Shown here: one piece after another, positions 52,170-53,461 of the stretch
Position numbering within the stretch: position 1 is the stretch's first letter
How the letters are laid out: the number at the start of each line of letters is the position of its first letter
Notes under the pieces: generated by a model
Databases searched by the model: none
What the model was told of the DNA's origin: nothing
The model's input: the letters and a program-made list of their open reading frames with translations, nothing else
Translations under genes and position numbers: made by a program
Source of the DNA: Candidatus Moraniibacteriota bacterium
GTDB taxonomy: Bacteria > Patescibacteriota > Minisyncoccia > Moranbacterales > UBA9337
Direction of reading: 5' to 3'
NCBI GenBank assembly: GCA_023229615.1
Contig: JALNYX010000002.1
Span: forward strand, 8,797-62,257
Length of the DNA stretch: 53,461 nucleotides

Positions 52170-52834
52170 TTATTCATAGCCTTTATCCATTCTAAGATTT
52201 GATACAAAAAAGTACTACTCTTGGAAATTCTTATGCAAAGCGTACCATAATGATTGGAAAAATTACTATATGTTTTCTTATTTTTCACATTAATTAAGGA
52301 TGGCTTCCTAAACTGACCAACTGAAATCCCTGTGATTTCAGACCAATATTCAATTACCGATTTCAACCTCTTTTTGTGAATTTGATTGATATTTATATAC
52401 ATCAAAAACCTATCTTCTTTAATTTTCAATATCTCTCTAAACCACTCCATCATAAATTTAATAGCTTCCGGATCTGAATTATAGAATCGGACTCCGGATT
52501 TTTTTGAACCTTCTCCCCAATATAATCCAAGTCCTGCAATAAATAAATCCCTATGATTCAATGTAGAAATATCTTTTTTTGCCTTCAGCGAGCATTCTCG
52601 TATTTTTTTTATCTTTTTTTCCTTTTGCATATTCGCCCCTATCATACGCCCTTCATAACTTCCTGTAACCATTTTTTCATGCAACCTCCTTATCTGCTTC
52701 TTGGATAATTTAATATCATCACACCAAACACTTACGGATCCCTTCGATACCTCTAGTTTATCCGCTATTTCCATTAGGCTCAACCCGCTTATTCTCAATT
52801 TTCTAGCTTCGAATTTTTCTCTTGATTTTGCCAT
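52160..52834 (-). CDS. HTH + LAGLIDADG-like (homing-endonuclease-like) protein
   Basis: MAKSREKFEARKLRISGLSLMEIADKLEVSKGSVSVWC (HTH), then DLFIAGLGLYWGEGSK (LAGLIDADG-type motif) and ..YNSDPEAIKFMMEWFREIL. ATG at 52834, because the track start 52858 is a TTG inside a TATAAT box. The stop codon lies inside the tRNA 5' end. Confidence 0.55.
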   Translation of the reverse strand: MAKSREKFEARKLRISGLSLMEIADKLEVSKGSVSVWCDDIKLSKKQIRRLHEKMVTGSYEGRMIGANMQKEKKIKKIRECSLKAKKDISTLNHRDLFIAGLGLYWGEGSKKSGVRFYNSDPEAIKFMMEWFREILKIKEDRFLMYININQIHKKRLKSVIEYWSEITGISVGQFRKPSLINVKNKKTYSNFSNHYGTLCIRISKSSTFLYQILEWIKAMNKPG

Positions 52835-52849
52835 AAACCCACCATATAT

Positions 52850-52878
52850 ATTATACAATTATCATACGGCAAGTTCAA
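52850..52878 (-). promoter_or_regulatory. sigma70-like promoter of the endonuclease-like ORF (and possibly the downstream tRNAs)
   Basis: Reverse strand TTGAAC (52878-52873), 17 nt, TATAAT (52855-52850). Confidence 0.5.
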
Positions 52879-52910
52879 AAATATATCAACTTTTTAAATA
52901 ACTACGATTT

Positions 52911-52985
<75 letters not shown>

Positions 52986-53022
52986 ATATATTTCAAACAC
53001 TATACCCTAGTATAATAAAAAT

Positions 53023-53461
53023 CTAGAGAATGTCAATAAATTTCAGAAAATCTTCATATGCCTTGATAGTTTCCTTCGCAATATCCAAATCAACTTCAAA
53101 ATTTTCCTTATATACAATTCTGTTGCGAATTTGATGCGATTTTCGGAGTTCTTCCAAATTTTCAATCTGTCCAACATTTGCTTTTTCCAATCTTTCTGTC
53201 ATATCATTCCCGGCATATCCAATTTTTTTCAGCATTTCTCCGACCACATTATCCGCCTCCAGAATAGCCGCCTTATACTGTGATTGACTGTTACTTTGTA
53301 GTCTTTCTTTTATTTTTGCCCACTGCAACTGAAACTTATCCTTAGCAAGAGGAGGCAAATCGGCTCCTCGAATCATCTTTCGAAAATCCTTTCCGAGTCC
53401 ATGGAAAAACAAAAGTAAAACAATATCCGTTACTAAAACCAAAACATAAATCGCTACAACA
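53023..53461 (-). CDS. membrane-anchored hypothetical protein (5' end beyond the right window edge)
   Basis: The frame stays open to the window end (..VVAIYVLVLVTDIVLLLFF.. TM helix), followed by a helical soluble domain. No motif recognised. Confidence 0.5.
   Translation of the reverse strand, partial: VVAIYVLVLVTDIVLLLFFHGLGKDFRKMIRGADLPPLAKDKFQLQWAKIKERLQSNSQSQYKAAILEADNVVGEMLKKIGYAGNDMTERLEKANVGQIENLEELRKSHQIRNRIVYKENFEVDLDIAKETIKAYEDFLKFIDIL

Overview
Low-G+C, very gene-dense bacterial chromosome segment, mostly transcribed on the minus strand. The gene content is reduced housekeeping genes interleaved with many signal-anchored surface proteins (TSP3-type Asp repeats, beta-helix/LysM giant protein, GxAWS..GWIxF repeats), several GT2/GT4 envelope genes and a desulfoferrodoxin. 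This looks like an anaerobic Patescibacteria/CPR (Parcubacteria-like) genome, which is an inference and cannot be verified here. The standard genetic code applies, because TGA ends several well-delimited genes.

Recognisable core genes:
- Ribosomal and translation genes: infA-rpmJ-rpsK-rpsM-rpsD (with S11 and S13 in swapped order), smpB-ssrA(tmRNA)-infC-rpmI-rplT, pth.
- tRNA and rRNA modification and charging: tgt, ileS, argS, thiI, rsmA.
- Other housekeeping: recO, comM/yifB, lspA, yraN, pnp, an RRM RNA-binding protein, mscL.
- A tRNA cluster: fMet, Met(CAT), Asp.

Accessory content:
- An AbiEi/AbiEii type IV TA / abortive-infection pair with a consensus promoter and palindromic operator.
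- An adjacent IS3-type transposase remnant.
- A more G+C-rich three-gene secreted/Cys-rich cluster.
- An HTH-LAGLIDADG-like ORF wedged between two CAU tRNAs.
- An orphan two-gene cassette next to a TrmB-type regulator.

Signals most worth follow-up:
1. A roughly 0.6 kb ORF-free, hairpin-dense locus (45.64-46.28 kb) with a TTGACG-17-TATAAT promoter and an intrinsic terminator, a candidate large structured ncRNA.
2. Period-7 tandem arrays embedded in-frame in the essential genes ileS and rsmA. The same TTGAAAA unit recurs in operon spacers.
3. A 31-bp perfect inverted repeat element (31318-31474) with a related long hairpin at 41486-41566.

Many operon starts carry near-consensus sigma70-type promoters (TTGACx-17-TAxxxT). 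All calls come from reading the sequence and the ORF track, and no database search was possible.
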